NCBI GenBank assembly: GCA_963643715.1
Contig: CAVILQ010000009.1
Location: 4,520 to 68,519, forward strand
Direction of reading: 5' to 3'
Length of the DNA stretch: 64,000 bases
Origin: a bacterium
GTDB lineage: Bacteria; Bacillota_I; Bacilli_A; RFN20; CAG-288
Positions 8,901-20,118 of this stretch are shown here, piece after piece. How positions within the stretch are numbered: the first letter of the stretch is position 1; every line of letters begins with the position of its first letter. Made by a program: the position numbers and the translations under genes. The notes beneath the pieces are model-generated. The model worked only from the letters and a program-made list of their open reading frames with translations. It was not told where the DNA came from and made no database searches.

Positions 8901-9605
8901 TTATTTACTCAGCAGTTCCATTGCTTCCTTGTCACAGTAGACAGTGACATTGTCATGTCTATTCAAGATAGAGGCAGGGCAAGAGATATCCGGATTCTCA
9001 AACATAGCCTTTACTGCTTTTGCTTTATTTTTTCCAAAGGCAAGGAGAACAATCTCTTTTGCTTCCATAATGGTAGATAATCCCATTGTGACAGCCTTTG
9101 TCGGAACATCATCGATAGAAGCAAAGAATCTTGAATTATCTTTGATGGTCTCCTCTTTTAAATCTGCAATATGCGTCTTGCTGTCAAAGGGTGTGCCAGG
9201 TTCATTGAATGCGATATGTCCATCACTGCCAATGCCTAAAATCTGAAAATCAATGCCACCCGCCTTTCTGATTTTCTCATCATAAGAGGAGGGATCATTC
9301 TCCGGTGGGAAATTCGTGTTTTCTTTCTTGATATCGATAAAATCGAAAAGATGAGAATCCATGAAATATCGATACGACTGTGAAAAGTCATTATTGTTCA
9401 CATATTCATCGAGATTGAAGGTGGTAACATCAGAGAAAGAGACTCCTCTTTCCTTGCTTCCTTTGATGATTTCGTTATAGCTTTCAATTGGGGTTGAACC
9501 CGTTGCCAATCCTAAGACACAATTCGGTTTCTTCACCACTAAGGTTAAGATTCTATTTGCAACATCCTTAGCAACTTCTTCCTTTGTCATACAGACTAAT
9601 TTCAT
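8901..9605 (-). CDS. nagB: glucosamine-6-phosphate deaminase
   Basis: GLATGSTP and FNLDEY motifs; 234 aa. Confidence 0.85.
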   Translation of the reverse strand: MKLVCMTKEEVAKDVANRILTLVVKKPNCVLGLATGSTPIESYNEIIKGSKERGVSFSDVTTFNLDEYVNNNDFSQSYRYFMDSHLFDFIDIKKENTNFPPENDPSSYDEKIRKAGGIDFQILGIGSDGHIAFNEPGTPFDSKTHIADLKEETIKDNSRFFASIDDVPTKAVTMGLSTIMEAKEIVLLAFGKNKAKAVKAMFENPDISCPASILNRHDNVTVYCDKEAMELLSK

Positions 9606-9611
9606 AAAGCT

Positions 9612-10763
9612 TTATTCTCCTTTTCTATATACACATTCACCGTGGACGAACGTCTGATACACATTCACATTCTCATCTAAGACTACAAAGTTCGCTTCTT
9701 TCCCTACTTTGATAGATCCTAATCTGTCATCTACCTTTAAGTTTCTAGCTGGATTGATTGTTGCCATATCGATGGCATCCGTTAAGGATATGGAAAAGAC
9801 ATCCTTTGCGTTTCTGATAGCATCATTCATCTTCAGAATAGATCCTGCCAAAGTTCCATCAATGAGTCTAGCCGTTCCATCTTTGACATAGACTGGATTT
9901 CCACCTAACTCATATTGACCATCCTCAAGATACTTTGCTTCCATGCTATCCGTAATCAGTGTGATATGATCTTTCCCTTTCAATCGATAAAGCACGTCTG
10001 CTGATTCTTTTGAGACATGATGAAGATCGAGAATCAGTTCACAACAGACACGGTCATCTAGCATCAAAGCCCCGACAGTACCAGCCTCTCGATGGTGGAA
10101 TCCTCTCATTGCATTATAAGTATGAGTCGTAAGCCTGACACCTTTGTCAAATGCCTCTTTCGCTTCCTTATATGTATCATCTGTATGCCCTAATGACAAT
10201 GTAATATTATTTTTCTTAGCTAACTCGATGAAATCATCGTTTCCACTCTTATAAGAGAACGTCATCTCTTTGATTGTATTTCCAGATGCTTTAATGAATT
10301 CATTCAATGCATTCGCATCTAAATCAAGAATATCATCAATGTTCTGAGCACCAGAATATGATTTTGAAATAAAAGGGCCTTCAAGATGAACACCTAAAGC
10401 CTGAGAGCATCTTTTCCTTTGTCTAGGAAGATAATCGCGTATTATGTTTAATGCAGATAGAATTCTCTCTTTTTTCATCGTCATCGTCGTATAGAGGAAG
10501 GATGTTGTTCCTTCCATCAAGATAGATTCAGCAATCTTCTTAAGACTCTCTTCCTTAGAATCCATTGCATCAGCACCATTCGCACCATGAGTATGTTCAT
10601 CAATGAATCCAGGAGAAACAATCAGTTTCTCAGGAAGAGTGATACTATCTTCATCATCGATATCATCTGAGATTTCTTTGATGATTCCATTCTCTATTTT
10701 CAAAGAGGTTCTGATGATGCCTTTTCCTTCTACATAAATATTTGAATCCCGTATGACTGACAT
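9612..10763 (-). CDS. nagA: N-acetylglucosamine-6-phosphate deacetylase
   Basis: GFIDEHTHG metal-binding motif; 383 aa; lies directly upstream of nagB. Confidence 0.85.
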   Translation of the reverse strand: MSVIRDSNIYVEGKGIIRTSLKIENGIIKEISDDIDDEDSITLPEKLIVSPGFIDEHTHGANGADAMDSKEESLKKIAESILMEGTTSFLYTTMTMKKERILSALNIIRDYLPRQRKRCSQALGVHLEGPFISKSYSGAQNIDDILDLDANALNEFIKASGNTIKEMTFSYKSGNDDFIELAKKNNITLSLGHTDDTYKEAKEAFDKGVRLTTHTYNAMRGFHHREAGTVGALMLDDRVCCELILDLHHVSKESADVLYRLKGKDHITLITDSMEAKYLEDGQYELGGNPVYVKDGTARLIDGTLAGSILKMNDAIRNAKDVFSISLTDAIDMATINPARNLKVDDRLGSIKVGKEANFVVLDENVNVYQTFVHGECVYRKGE

Positions 10764-10855
10764 AAGAGCCTCCTATTTTTTTACTTTGTAAAATAATTAT
10801 ACCACAATTCTTTTTGATTATGGTAGAATCTTAACAGAAAGTCGAGGATTTACGC

Positions 10856-12268
10856 ATGATTCAGTTTGGAACTGGCGGTTTCAGAGGAGTGATTGCTGAT
10901 GATTTTACCAAGTCTAATGTTCAATTGATTGCACAGGGCATCAGCAATATCTATAACGAGAGAAAATATAAGAAACCGATTTTGATCGGATATGATTTCC
11001 GCTTTTGTTCAAAAGAGGCATCCGAATGGATTGCGGAAGTATTAGCCGGAAATCATATTCCAGTTCTACTATCCAATGAACCTTCTCCAACTCCAGCCAT
11101 CATGCAGCAGAGTAAAATCATGGATAATGAATTCGGAATCATGATTACTGCCAGTCATAATCCTTATTGGTTCAATGGCGTAAAGTTATTCCAAAATGAG
11201 GGAATGGATGCTGAAAAGAAACTGACCGATGAACTAGAAAATAGAATAGAAGAAGTAAAGGAAGTTCATAAAGTTTCTATTGATGATGCTATTCAAAACG
11301 GAAAGATACAATATGTCTCTGTCTTGAAACCATATCTAGAATATATCCAGAGATTCCTCCTGATCGATCAGAACAAAAAAGACACAAAGATCCTGATTGA
11401 TCCTATCTATGGAACCGGTCTTCTCACTTTAAAACCAACATTTGAAGAGATGGGATTTGAAAACATCAAGGTCATCCACGATGAACACAATCCTCTATTT
11501 GGTGGGCTTCTTCCGAACCCGATTGAAAAGAATATGCTTGCCGACAAGGAAATTGTCCTAAAGGATCATTACGATATCTGCATCGGAACAGACTCTGACT
11601 GTGACCGTCTTTCCATATTGGATGAGAAAGGTAACTTCGTCGATGCCAATGAAATCTTAGCTTCCATCTATTACTATCTCATCAAATACAGGCATGAAAA
11701 AGGAGACATCGTCAAGAACCTTGCAACGAGCAATCTAGTCGATGCAGTTGCTAAGAAATTTGGATATAAGTGCCATGAAGTTGATGTTGGATTTAAAAAC
11801 ATCTCTTCTGGAATTAAAGAATATGATGCACTCTTAGGTGGCGAAAGCTCCGGTGGACTCACAATGCGTGGATACATCTATGGAAAAGACTCTACATTCG
11901 CATCTGCTCTATTCTTAGAGATGGTATCGAATATGAAGAAACCTGTATCAGAGATCATCAAGGAGGTAAGAGAATTCGCACAGTTTAATAAGGTATCCTA
12001 CGAAGATAGTATCCGTTTCAAAGATAGAGAAAGAATTATGGATGCCTGCGTCAAGGACTTTCCACACTTCTCAGAAAAGAAATTCATCTTCAAAAAGATT
12101 ACGAATAACTTTAAATACTATTTCCCTTCCGGTGACTGGGCATTGATCCGCTTTTCAGGGACGGAACCATTGATACGAATATTCATCGAAAGCGATAAGA
12201 AGAAAGATGTCTGCTTAAAAGATATTGAAGCCATCAAGGCTTTCATCAGAAAACATGACAGCAACTGA
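10856..12268 (+). CDS. alpha-D-phosphohexomutase family protein (phosphoglucomutase / phospho-N-acetylglucosamine mutase-like)
   Basis: TASHNP active-site serine loop and a GGESSGG sugar-binding loop; 470 aa. Confidence 0.75.
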   Translation: MIQFGTGGFRGVIADDFTKSNVQLIAQGISNIYNERKYKKPILIGYDFRFCSKEASEWIAEVLAGNHIPVLLSNEPSPTPAIMQQSKIMDNEFGIMITASHNPYWFNGVKLFQNEGMDAEKKLTDELENRIEEVKEVHKVSIDDAIQNGKIQYVSVLKPYLEYIQRFLLIDQNKKDTKILIDPIYGTGLLTLKPTFEEMGFENIKVIHDEHNPLFGGLLPNPIEKNMLADKEIVLKDHYDICIGTDSDCDRLSILDEKGNFVDANEILASIYYYLIKYRHEKGDIVKNLATSNLVDAVAKKFGYKCHEVDVGFKNISSGIKEYDALLGGESSGGLTMRGYIYGKDSTFASALFLEMVSNMKKPVSEIIKEVREFAQFNKVSYEDSIRFKDRERIMDACVKDFPHFSEKKFIFKKITNNFKYYFPSGDWALIRFSGTEPLIRIFIESDKKKDVCLKDIEAIKAFIRKHDSN

Positions 12269-12275
12269 GGACAAT

Positions 12276-14735
12276 ATGAACATTTATCAAGAACTTCTCA
12301 ACAATTTCTCTTCATTAAAAGAGAAAGCCGACAAAGAAAAGAATCATTACCTTTTTTGGAATAATGGTATCTTTTTAACCAATGACAAAAGAAGCGATGC
12401 CCGTTACCCGTATGTCAAAGACGGAATGGTATTATGGGCACACAATAACGGAAAGATTCATCTCAGTGAATCTGATTTCTTTATTCTTCCGGAAACAGTA
12501 GAAGGAGAAACTTCCTTCCTTTCCTTTTTCTTAGGAATCAAAAAGAAAGATCAGTATCTTCCTATTTCACTCTTTGAGTTTGATAGGAATGTCTTAGAAG
12601 ATGATGTAGAAAGAGCAACCTTCTTTTCCTATCATTCCGCAACCTATATCCTGCATGCGAACGGAATCTTTTTCTTTGTCACACTGGCATTGAATGAAAA
12701 GAAAGAACTTCTTCTCTATGGCAAAGTCATCAATGATACAAATGAAGAAAAAGATATCTATACCTCTTTATATTTCAATCCTATGCTGATGCATAATAAC
12801 TACTCCAGTGTCGAAACTAAGTGGTTTAAGAAATGTCATATCAAAAACGACTGTTTCCAGTTTGATACAACAGAAGATATCTCAAGGGAAATCCATCTCT
12901 ATCATCATTACAATTTCAAAAGAAACACAGTCAATGTACAGAAAAGTGAGGACACAACATCAAGACTTGTCTATTCGAATTCCAAGACCGGAAACAAGAA
13001 TGCGTCAGATTGTCTTTTAAAAGGAGAATTCTTCGAAGAGAAGAAGACAACCTGTTTTTCTGATACAGCTATTAGTGGAGACTTCTTGAAATCACATCTA
13101 TGTGGAAAAGAATCTTTCTCCTTCTCTTATCAGCTGACAAAGTCAGATGAATTCATGAGTCTGAAAGAGATTGAAGATTATTTCATATCCATTTCAAATG
13201 ATGAAGATGTTTATAATATCTTCTCCTTTGATAAAGGTAGTATTATCGATTCAAAAAAGTTCACTGACTTTTCCAAAATGTTAGTTAAGCAGGTAGATTA
13301 CTGTGCCGGGACGAAAAACAGCACACTTAGAATGCTCGGTTTCCGTGATATCTTCCAGGCGTTAGAGGCTGCAGTCATCTTCAAACCCGAAATGGTGAGA
13401 GAAAAGATATTAGGATGTCTAGACTATGTCTCCACAACAGGAAGATGTCCAAGGCAGTTTGCCTGGTCTGAAGGAAAGGATGTCCGCATCGATTCTAGGG
13501 AATTCATCGATCAGGGACTTTGGGTCATTGACTGCATCTATCAATACCTATCTTATACGGATGATTATTCCCTTCTTTCTGAGAAGAGAAGATATATCGA
13601 GATTCACGATGATTCCTCTGCCTGTTTTTCAGATAGAGCAGATGATGTCTTATCTCACTTAAAGCAGATGCTGAGTTATCTGATTGACAACATCGACGCA
13701 GATACAGGATGTCTAAAGACACTCTACGGAGACTGGAATGACGCTATCGATGGATTAGGAAAAACAGAGAACGGCATCGGTTTTGGTAATGGTGTCTCCA
13801 TCATGGCTACCTTCCAACTCTATTCTGCATTAAATAAATCCATCGAGATATTCAACAAAATAGGTGGACAGGAAGATTGGATTACAAAGGCAGAGAGAGC
13901 AAAGTCTCTTATTGAAGAGGGACTTCTCCATCACGCCTTTGTAACAAAAGGAAACGAAACCAAAATCATCCATGGCTGGGGAAACAATCGTTCCTTTTAT
14001 GTTGGTTCCTTCTTTGATATCGATCAGATGGAAAGAGACACACTGACTTCTAACGCCTTCTATGTCTTAAGCGGATTTTATCGTTCTCATCCAGAATATA
14101 TCAATGCGGTTTTCACGGCATATGAGAAATTAGAAGGGAAATACGGATTCAAAACCTTTGAGCCTTACTTTGACAAGGATGCCTATCAAGTAGGAAGAAT
14201 TGTTAATCTTCCTAAAGGCACTGCAGAAAATGCAGCAACCTATATCCATGGAAGTGTATTCGCTTTAGATTCTCTCTTCCTACTGAACAAACCCAAGATG
14301 GCGTGGGATGAGATAGAGAAACTCATTCCTATCACACATGAATTCATCTCTACTACTCCCTTTGTCATGCCAAATAGTTATGTCTACAATCCAGAATTAG
14401 GATGTGATGGAGAAAGCATGAATGACTGGTTCACAGGAAGTTCTTCTACCTTATTCAAATCACTAGTCCGTAACGCATTTGGATTTGACCCTCATCTTGA
14501 TCAGCTTGTTCTTAATCCTGCAGACTATTTCCCGTTTGAAGAAGCAGATATGACTATCACTTTCCGAAACAAGCTAATTCATCTACACCACATCCAAAAA
14601 GGAAAAGAAAGAAATATTCTCCTTAATGGAAAAGAATTGAATCTTTTAGACGAAGAAAACGGATTGAGAAAAAAGATTGCAACCATCCCCTATACGGACT
14701 TAGAAGAAGAGAATACAATCGTCATATCAGACTAA
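12276..14735 (+). CDS. GH94-family glycoside phosphorylase (chitobiose / cellobiose / laminaribiose phosphorylase family)
   Basis: YGDWNDAIDGLG...VSIMATFQLY lines up with the GH94 catalytic-Asp DWND motif of chitobiose phosphorylase. NAFYVLSG and ENAATYIHG match further GH94 blocks. Start set at 12276, downstream of the mutase stop. Confidence 0.6.
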   Translation: MNIYQELLNNFSSLKEKADKEKNHYLFWNNGIFLTNDKRSDARYPYVKDGMVLWAHNNGKIHLSESDFFILPETVEGETSFLSFFLGIKKKDQYLPISLFEFDRNVLEDDVERATFFSYHSATYILHANGIFFFVTLALNEKKELLLYGKVINDTNEEKDIYTSLYFNPMLMHNNYSSVETKWFKKCHIKNDCFQFDTTEDISREIHLYHHYNFKRNTVNVQKSEDTTSRLVYSNSKTGNKNASDCLLKGEFFEEKKTTCFSDTAISGDFLKSHLCGKESFSFSYQLTKSDEFMSLKEIEDYFISISNDEDVYNIFSFDKGSIIDSKKFTDFSKMLVKQVDYCAGTKNSTLRMLGFRDIFQALEAAVIFKPEMVREKILGCLDYVSTTGRCPRQFAWSEGKDVRIDSREFIDQGLWVIDCIYQYLSYTDDYSLLSEKRRYIEIHDDSSACFSDRADDVLSHLKQMLSYLIDNIDADTGCLKTLYGDWNDAIDGLGKTENGIGFGNGVSIMATFQLYSALNKSIEIFNKIGGQEDWITKAERAKSLIEEGLLHHAFVTKGNETKIIHGWGNNRSFYVGSFFDIDQMERDTLTSNAFYVLSGFYRSHPEYINAVFTAYEKLEGKYGFKTFEPYFDKDAYQVGRIVNLPKGTAENAATYIHGSVFALDSLFLLNKPKMAWDEIEKLIPITHEFISTTPFVMPNSYVYNPELGCDGESMNDWFTGSSSTLFKSLVRNAFGFDPHLDQLVLNPADYFPFEEADMTITFRNKLIHLHHIQKGKERNILLNGKELNLLDEENGLRKKIATIPYTDLEEENTIVISD

Positions 14736-14743
14736 TATCCATA

Positions 14744-14777
14744 AAGCATCAGAGTGTAAAAATCTGATGCTTTTTCT
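14744..14777 (+). terminator. intrinsic terminator (gcatcaga-...-tctgatgc-TTTTT)
   Basis: 8-bp stem plus a T-run 10 nt after the GH94 stop. Confidence 0.65.
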
Positions 14778-15037
14778 ATAAGAAACCTGGCTGGAATACA
14801 GCCATTAAAAGCGCTCTAACTTGAAATATGACAATATCGATGTCCTATCTCATTAATTTCTCCAGTGCTATTTCTTTGTAATTCTCCAATATGACATTCC
14901 ATTCCATCTCGTCTATTATTTAGCCAATCACATAAAGATTTTCATCGCATGAACCATAACAAAAACAATCACAACTAAAATGAGACTATCGTAAGCACAG
15001 ACTTACAAATAGTCTCATTTTTAATTCGTTTATGAAA

Positions 15038-16477
15038 TTATGCGCGGCTGAAGCTATCCTGAGCAGCTTTGTAAATAGTATCGAAGCTAGATTCTACTGT
15101 CTTAGAGCTCTGCTGAAGGAGTCCTAAGAAAGGACGGTTGCTACTAGCGACCCAAGCGTTAGAGATATATCCATTAAGATAGATGGATGCTTTGGAATCA
15201 TCTGTTGCTGCTTTCTTTACGCTGTTTTTGACATCAAGATAAGAACTGATATAAGAATTCGATGTATCGATAGAAGAGGAGTCTGTATTCTGATAGGCTA
15301 AGAATCCATGAGACTTATTTGTAAAGTTGGATAAGGACCAGTTGCTGATCATTGTCTTGATAAAGGATTTCGCCAAATCCTGTTTCTTACTGGATGCAGG
15401 AATAGCAATATACTGATCGCTTCCGATGACATAAGACACATCCGTATCTTTTGCACCATCGAAGACCGGAGTCTTCATCAGCTTCATTTCAAATCCATCC
15501 GGTTTGGTTCCATATTCCAAGGTTTCATTATAGATCCAGTCACCATCAAAGATCATCGCCGCTTTTCCGTTGAAGAAATCCTGCTGTGCCTGATGATTCG
15601 TATAGGATAAGGATCCACCAATATAGGTTGAGGTCTGTTCTGTTGTCTTTTTTCCACTCTCATCGGTTGTCTCAATTGTGACATCACTGAATAAGGTCTT
15701 CCAATAATCTACAACGGTTTTCAAGGATGAGTAGGCAGAATCCTTATTCTGCCAGTTGAAGTTCTCGGCACTCTCGTAGTTATAGAATTCTTTGACTTTA
15801 TCATATCCAGCCAACTGCATCCACCAATTAAAGATAGCATAATCGAAATAGTCTGTGTTTTCACCGGTATAGACAAAAGGCTTTACGCTAGCAGCATCAT
15901 CACCTTTGACTTCGACTGGATTCTCAAGAATCTCTTTCACCAATGCAGTCAATTCAGAAGTAGTAGTCGGAACCTTCCAACCATTCTCTTCAAACATCTT
16001 CGCATTGTAATAGATTCCACCGAAACCGCTAGTCCATGGTAAACGATAGACATGCTCTTCTCCGCTAACATTCATCTTCAAGGAAGAACGGAATTCATCA
16101 TTGACCTTCTCTTCAACAGTCATGCCATCTACTGTTTCATTCATCAAGTCATCAAGAGGAGCAAACTTTCCTTGATATGCATAGTTTCTCCATCCACTAT
16201 CCGTGGTGATATATAAATCATCAGTATTATTCCTAGAGGATAAGTGTCTATTGATCAAAGTCTTGACTTCATATTTGGCAGTAAGGTTTACCTTGTAGCC
16301 CTCGTTTTCACTTTCCCACTTTGTGATGACATCTTCTAGCCATTCACTTCCCCATCCTGCATTATAAAGAATGATATTGAGCGTGGATTTATCTGATTCA
16401 TCATTGGTAGAACCAGAGCATCCTGTAAGCATCAATATAGAAAGTACACCGACTAATCCTCTTCTTATCTTGTTCAT
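15038..16477 (-). CDS. ABC transporter extracellular solute-binding lipoprotein (carbohydrate)
   Basis: Signal peptide plus lipobox LTGC; 479 aa; sugar-SBP-like composition; lies in a sugar ABC locus. Confidence 0.7.
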   Translation of the reverse strand: MNKIRRGLVGVLSILMLTGCSGSTNDESDKSTLNIILYNAGWGSEWLEDVITKWESENEGYKVNLTAKYEVKTLINRHLSSRNNTDDLYITTDSGWRNYAYQGKFAPLDDLMNETVDGMTVEEKVNDEFRSSLKMNVSGEEHVYRLPWTSGFGGIYYNAKMFEENGWKVPTTTSELTALVKEILENPVEVKGDDAASVKPFVYTGENTDYFDYAIFNWWMQLAGYDKVKEFYNYESAENFNWQNKDSAYSSLKTVVDYWKTLFSDVTIETTDESGKKTTEQTSTYIGGSLSYTNHQAQQDFFNGKAAMIFDGDWIYNETLEYGTKPDGFEMKLMKTPVFDGAKDTDVSYVIGSDQYIAIPASSKKQDLAKSFIKTMISNWSLSNFTNKSHGFLAYQNTDSSSIDTSNSYISSYLDVKNSVKKAATDDSKASIYLNGYISNAWVASSNRPFLGLLQQSSKTVESSFDTIYKAAQDSFSRA

Positions 16478-16702
16478 ATCCGTCTCCTTTTTCAGTTAGT
16501 GAAAAAACTCACTATCACTATTGTAAAACACAAGGAAACCGCTTGCAATATTTTTTAAGTGTCAAAGTATTTTTATTTTTCCCATATAATACGGAAATAT
16601 TCTACATTTATTTATTTTTATGGAATCGCCGTTTTTCTATTTTCTTAACTTTATGAAAAATATCTTGAGCATTCCTATTTTGTGTTCTATAATGTAAGCG
16701 CT

Positions 16703-18199
16703 ATGAAAAAAATATATAAAACTTGTCTGATTCCACTAGTCCTCCTGCAGTTCTCTCTTTCATCCTGTAACGGAAAGGCTTCCGCTATAGAAAGCAGTCC
16801 TATTTCAAATGATGATAAGAACTCAGAGAACACGGGAAAGGATCAATTCACAATTGGTGAAAACTACCACCTCTTAAACAATGTCGAAGAAGATGTCGTA
16901 AACGGATTCTACGATGGTTTCGATACGCTAAGCAAATCCAACTGGCTCGTATTGAAAGGCTATTGGGGCGCTAATAATGGGGGCGTCTCTCCCGAAAACG
17001 TATCGATCACGGAAGATGGAACATTAGCCTTAGCCGGAAATGGTCTCTACTACAACAGAGGCGATATTGAAAGCTACGGTCAGTTCAAAGACGGAAGAAA
17101 ATGCGGAGCATCTTTGATTTCCACTTTCAAAGCCTTACCTGGACACTATGAGATCAAGATGAAGGTTCATCCTCGTATTGGTGCCTGCACTGCCTTCTGG
17201 ACCTATGGAAATAGAGCCGTAGAAGGAGAAAGTGAGAACGAGAACGCTGAGATCGATGTCGAACTACCAGGCGGTTCTAAATCTGGTAAGATCACCTACA
17301 AGAAAGCTTTATACACCAACTGGATCACCGAAAAAGCAAGCGACTCCGTCGAAGTAGATATCAGCGATACCGATAAGACATCTGTAGCCTATAACGATAA
17401 CCAGTGGCACACATTCGGATTTGACTGGTATACCGACCCTGAACTTGTCGTCTATTACTGTGACGGAAAGATCACCAATATATCAGATACATTCGTTCCG
17501 ACATTGGCTGGTAGATTATGGCTCGGTGTCTGGTTCCCGAACGGATTCACAGGAACAGCTAACTTTGAAAAAGACTATATGTTTGTCGACTATGTCAAAT
17601 ACAACCCTTTCAAAGATCAGCCTTATACCGATTTTGACGCTGTTCCCTCCTCTTCTCTCTCTGTCGCATCTGATTCCATATATCAGAAGAAACCGATTAA
17701 AACACCTATTGCCAACAAAGTCAGCAACGGCGACTTTGAATATGCAGGAAAAATCGATACCTCATCTGAAGAGACCTATAATTCCACACTGAAGAACAGA
17801 GGATGGACTTTCACGAAGAAAGTCAGTGAAAAGAAAGCACAAAAAGAAGTGTGTTGGATTGAAAGCGGAACGATGAACTCTACCTATTCCGTCTTTGTCA
17901 AAGATGGTGGTGTCTTAAGACAAGAGATTGAAGCTGTCTATGACGGATACCAATACAATTATGAATTCAAAGCCAAAGCAGATGCTTCCTCTAGCGGAAC
18001 GGTAACATTCCACTACTACGGAGCAAATGATGAGACCCCATTAGATTCCTATACAGTCAATATCACTTCCACTGATACTCAGACCTATCAAGGCACATTG
18101 ACTGCTCCAGAAGGAACTGAGAAAATCCGAATCGAAGCACGTACTTCCGGAACCGGAAATAAGATTATGTTAGATGATTTTTCAATAACGAACAAATAA
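16703..18199 (+). CDS. GH16-family glycoside hydrolase lipoprotein with C-terminal beta-sandwich (CBM-like) extension
   Basis: Lipobox LSSC; the ENAEIDVELPGG stretch contains the GH16 catalytic E-x-D-x-x-E motif. Start moved to the MKK codon. Confidence 0.6.
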   Translation: MKKIYKTCLIPLVLLQFSLSSCNGKASAIESSPISNDDKNSENTGKDQFTIGENYHLLNNVEEDVVNGFYDGFDTLSKSNWLVLKGYWGANNGGVSPENVSITEDGTLALAGNGLYYNRGDIESYGQFKDGRKCGASLISTFKALPGHYEIKMKVHPRIGACTAFWTYGNRAVEGESENENAEIDVELPGGSKSGKITYKKALYTNWITEKASDSVEVDISDTDKTSVAYNDNQWHTFGFDWYTDPELVVYYCDGKITNISDTFVPTLAGRLWLGVWFPNGFTGTANFEKDYMFVDYVKYNPFKDQPYTDFDAVPSSSLSVASDSIYQKKPIKTPIANKVSNGDFEYAGKIDTSSEETYNSTLKNRGWTFTKKVSEKKAQKEVCWIESGTMNSTYSVFVKDGGVLRQEIEAVYDGYQYNYEFKAKADASSSGTVTFHYYGANDETPLDSYTVNITSTDTQTYQGTLTAPEGTEKIRIEARTSGTGNKIMLDDFSITNK

Positions 18200-18200
18200 T

Positions 18201-19202
18201 ATGAAAAGCATTACACCAAATTTGGAAAACAGTGAAAGAGTATTGTCTTTCACTGATTCCACCACAAAAGAGAAAAAGAGAAAACTCTCCAAGAAACAGA
18301 GAGACTACATTTTCGTTGCCATCATGCTTCTCTATCCTTTAGCACAATTCATCTTCACTTGGAGTTTTGTCAATATCCGTTCGTTATTGCTCGCCTTCCA
18401 AAAAGGTTCCATCACCGGTTATGAGTGGGTTGGTTTCGAGACGATCAGCCGAGTCTGGTATGACTCATTCCACAACTATGCCAATACAACAGGTGTATCT
18501 TGGTTGAACAATTCCTCTGTCATCATCTTAAACTCATTAGGATTTGCACTCATCACCATCTTCATTTCATTGCCTTTAAGCATGTTGTTCTCTTACTTCT
18601 TATCGAAGAAAATGCCATTAGCCAATCTCTTCCGCATCATCTTCTTCCTTCCGAACATCATTCCTGTGGTCGTTCTGACATTTGCATTCAAGATGGCATA
18701 TCAGCCAAATGTAGGATACCTCTATCCCCTCATCAAAGCATTAGGCATATCTGAGACAGCATCTAAAACCTATCCAATGTCACAGATCATCGTTTACCTG
18801 TATTGTATCTGGGCAGGACTCGGATACAACATCATCCTCCTTTCCGGTGCAATCGGACGTATTCCTAAGGAACTTCTTGAATCAGCAAAGATCGATAACT
18901 GCGGATACTTCAAGGAATTCTTCCACATCGTTGTCCCAATGATTTGGCCTACTGTTGTCACGCTTGTCATTTTAGGCATGACAAACGTCCTCACCTTATA
19001 TCTACAGCCTCTCTTCCTAACAGGCGGTGAAGGAAATACCTGGACAATCTCACTTCAAATTTGGGATTCCGTCGATACAAGAAATCCAAAAGATCTTTGT
19101 GAAGCTGCCGCAAAAGGTCTCATCTTCTCTGCCATCTGGTCGCCTGTCATCCTTCTCACAAGAAAACTGATGTCGAAAAAATACAGTGAGGTGGATTACT
19201 GA
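18201..19202 (+). CDS. carbohydrate ABC transporter permease (MalF/UgpA-like)
   Basis: 6-TM permease; its stop lies next to the next start; 333 aa. Confidence 0.75.
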   Translation: MKSITPNLENSERVLSFTDSTTKEKKRKLSKKQRDYIFVAIMLLYPLAQFIFTWSFVNIRSLLLAFQKGSITGYEWVGFETISRVWYDSFHNYANTTGVSWLNNSSVIILNSLGFALITIFISLPLSMLFSYFLSKKMPLANLFRIIFFLPNIIPVVVLTFAFKMAYQPNVGYLYPLIKALGISETASKTYPMSQIIVYLYCIWAGLGYNIILLSGAIGRIPKELLESAKIDNCGYFKEFFHIVVPMIWPTVVTLVILGMTNVLTLYLQPLFLTGGEGNTWTISLQIWDSVDTRNPKDLCEAAAKGLIFSAIWSPVILLTRKLMSKKYSEVDY

Positions 19203-19203
19203 T

Positions 19204-20118
19204 ATGCTGAAAATCGAAAACATGACTGCCATAAGACAGAACGAAAATAGCAAGCCGAAAAAGAGCATATCCTATCAGGCAACGAAATGGATTGTCTTCG
19301 CTATTTTTGCAATCTATGCTCTTTCTTTATGTATTCCTTTCTTCTGGATGCTGTTGAATTCGTTCAAAACCAATCAGGATTTCAATTCCGGAAATGTTTG
19401 GGGGTTCCCACGTCAGTTTGAAGGTCTGAACTTCATCGAAATCCTTCAGTACAAAGTGACAACAATCGGAGGAACGGAAGAGACAATATGGGAGATGTTC
19501 CTATGGTCTGTTTTGACTACGATTGTAGGAACGCTTGTCAGTGTCTTCTTTTCCGCCGTCGCTGCTTACGTATTGGCAAAATACAAATTTCCTGGAAGAG
19601 ATGTAATCTATGCTGTTGCGATATTCGCAATGGTTGTCCCCATCGTCGGAACCCTTCCAGCCCAAGTCAACATGATGGAATTCCTCCATCTCGATGACTC
19701 TTTCTTCGGCGTCATCTTCCTATATTCAGGATGCTTCGGATTCAACTTCATCATGCTCTATTCCGCCTTCAAATCAATCAGTTGGTCTTATGCTGAGGCA
19801 GCTAGCATGGATGGAGCAAATCGTTTTTCCATCTTCTTCCGTGTCATGCTTCCGATGGCAAAAGGACCTATCATCGCCTGTTCCATTCTTCAGGCCATAG
19901 CCTTATGGAACGATTACTCTACTCCCTATCTATTCATGCCTAGTCACTATACTCTTGCAGTCGGATTATATGAACTGCAGAGTGAATTCAGCGGAAGCGG
20001 AAACTATCCGATGATGTTCACTACCGTCATCATCGCACTAGTTCCGGTTCTTGTCCTTTATTCATGTTTCCAGAAGAAGATTATAGAAAATACAAATGCA
20101 GGAGGATTAAAAGGATGA
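19204..20118 (+). CDS. carbohydrate ABC transporter permease (MalG/UgpE-like)
   Basis: 6 TM segments and an EAA-like loop (EAASMDGAN); the stop overlaps the next ATG (ATGA). Confidence 0.75.
   Translation: MLKIENMTAIRQNENSKPKKSISYQATKWIVFAIFAIYALSLCIPFFWMLLNSFKTNQDFNSGNVWGFPRQFEGLNFIEILQYKVTTIGGTEETIWEMFLWSVLTTIVGTLVSVFFSAVAAYVLAKYKFPGRDVIYAVAIFAMVVPIVGTLPAQVNMMEFLHLDDSFFGVIFLYSGCFGFNFIMLYSAFKSISWSYAEAASMDGANRFSIFFRVMLPMAKGPIIACSILQAIALWNDYSTPYLFMPSHYTLAVGLYELQSEFSGSGNYPMMFTTVIIALVPVLVLYSCFQKKIIENTNAGGLKG

Noticed and set aside
12225-12275. Upstream starts (12225, 12255) for the GH94 gene
   Set aside because: They would overlap the mutase coding region by up to 44 nt. The ATG at 12276 follows a GAGGA ribosome-binding site right after the mutase stop.
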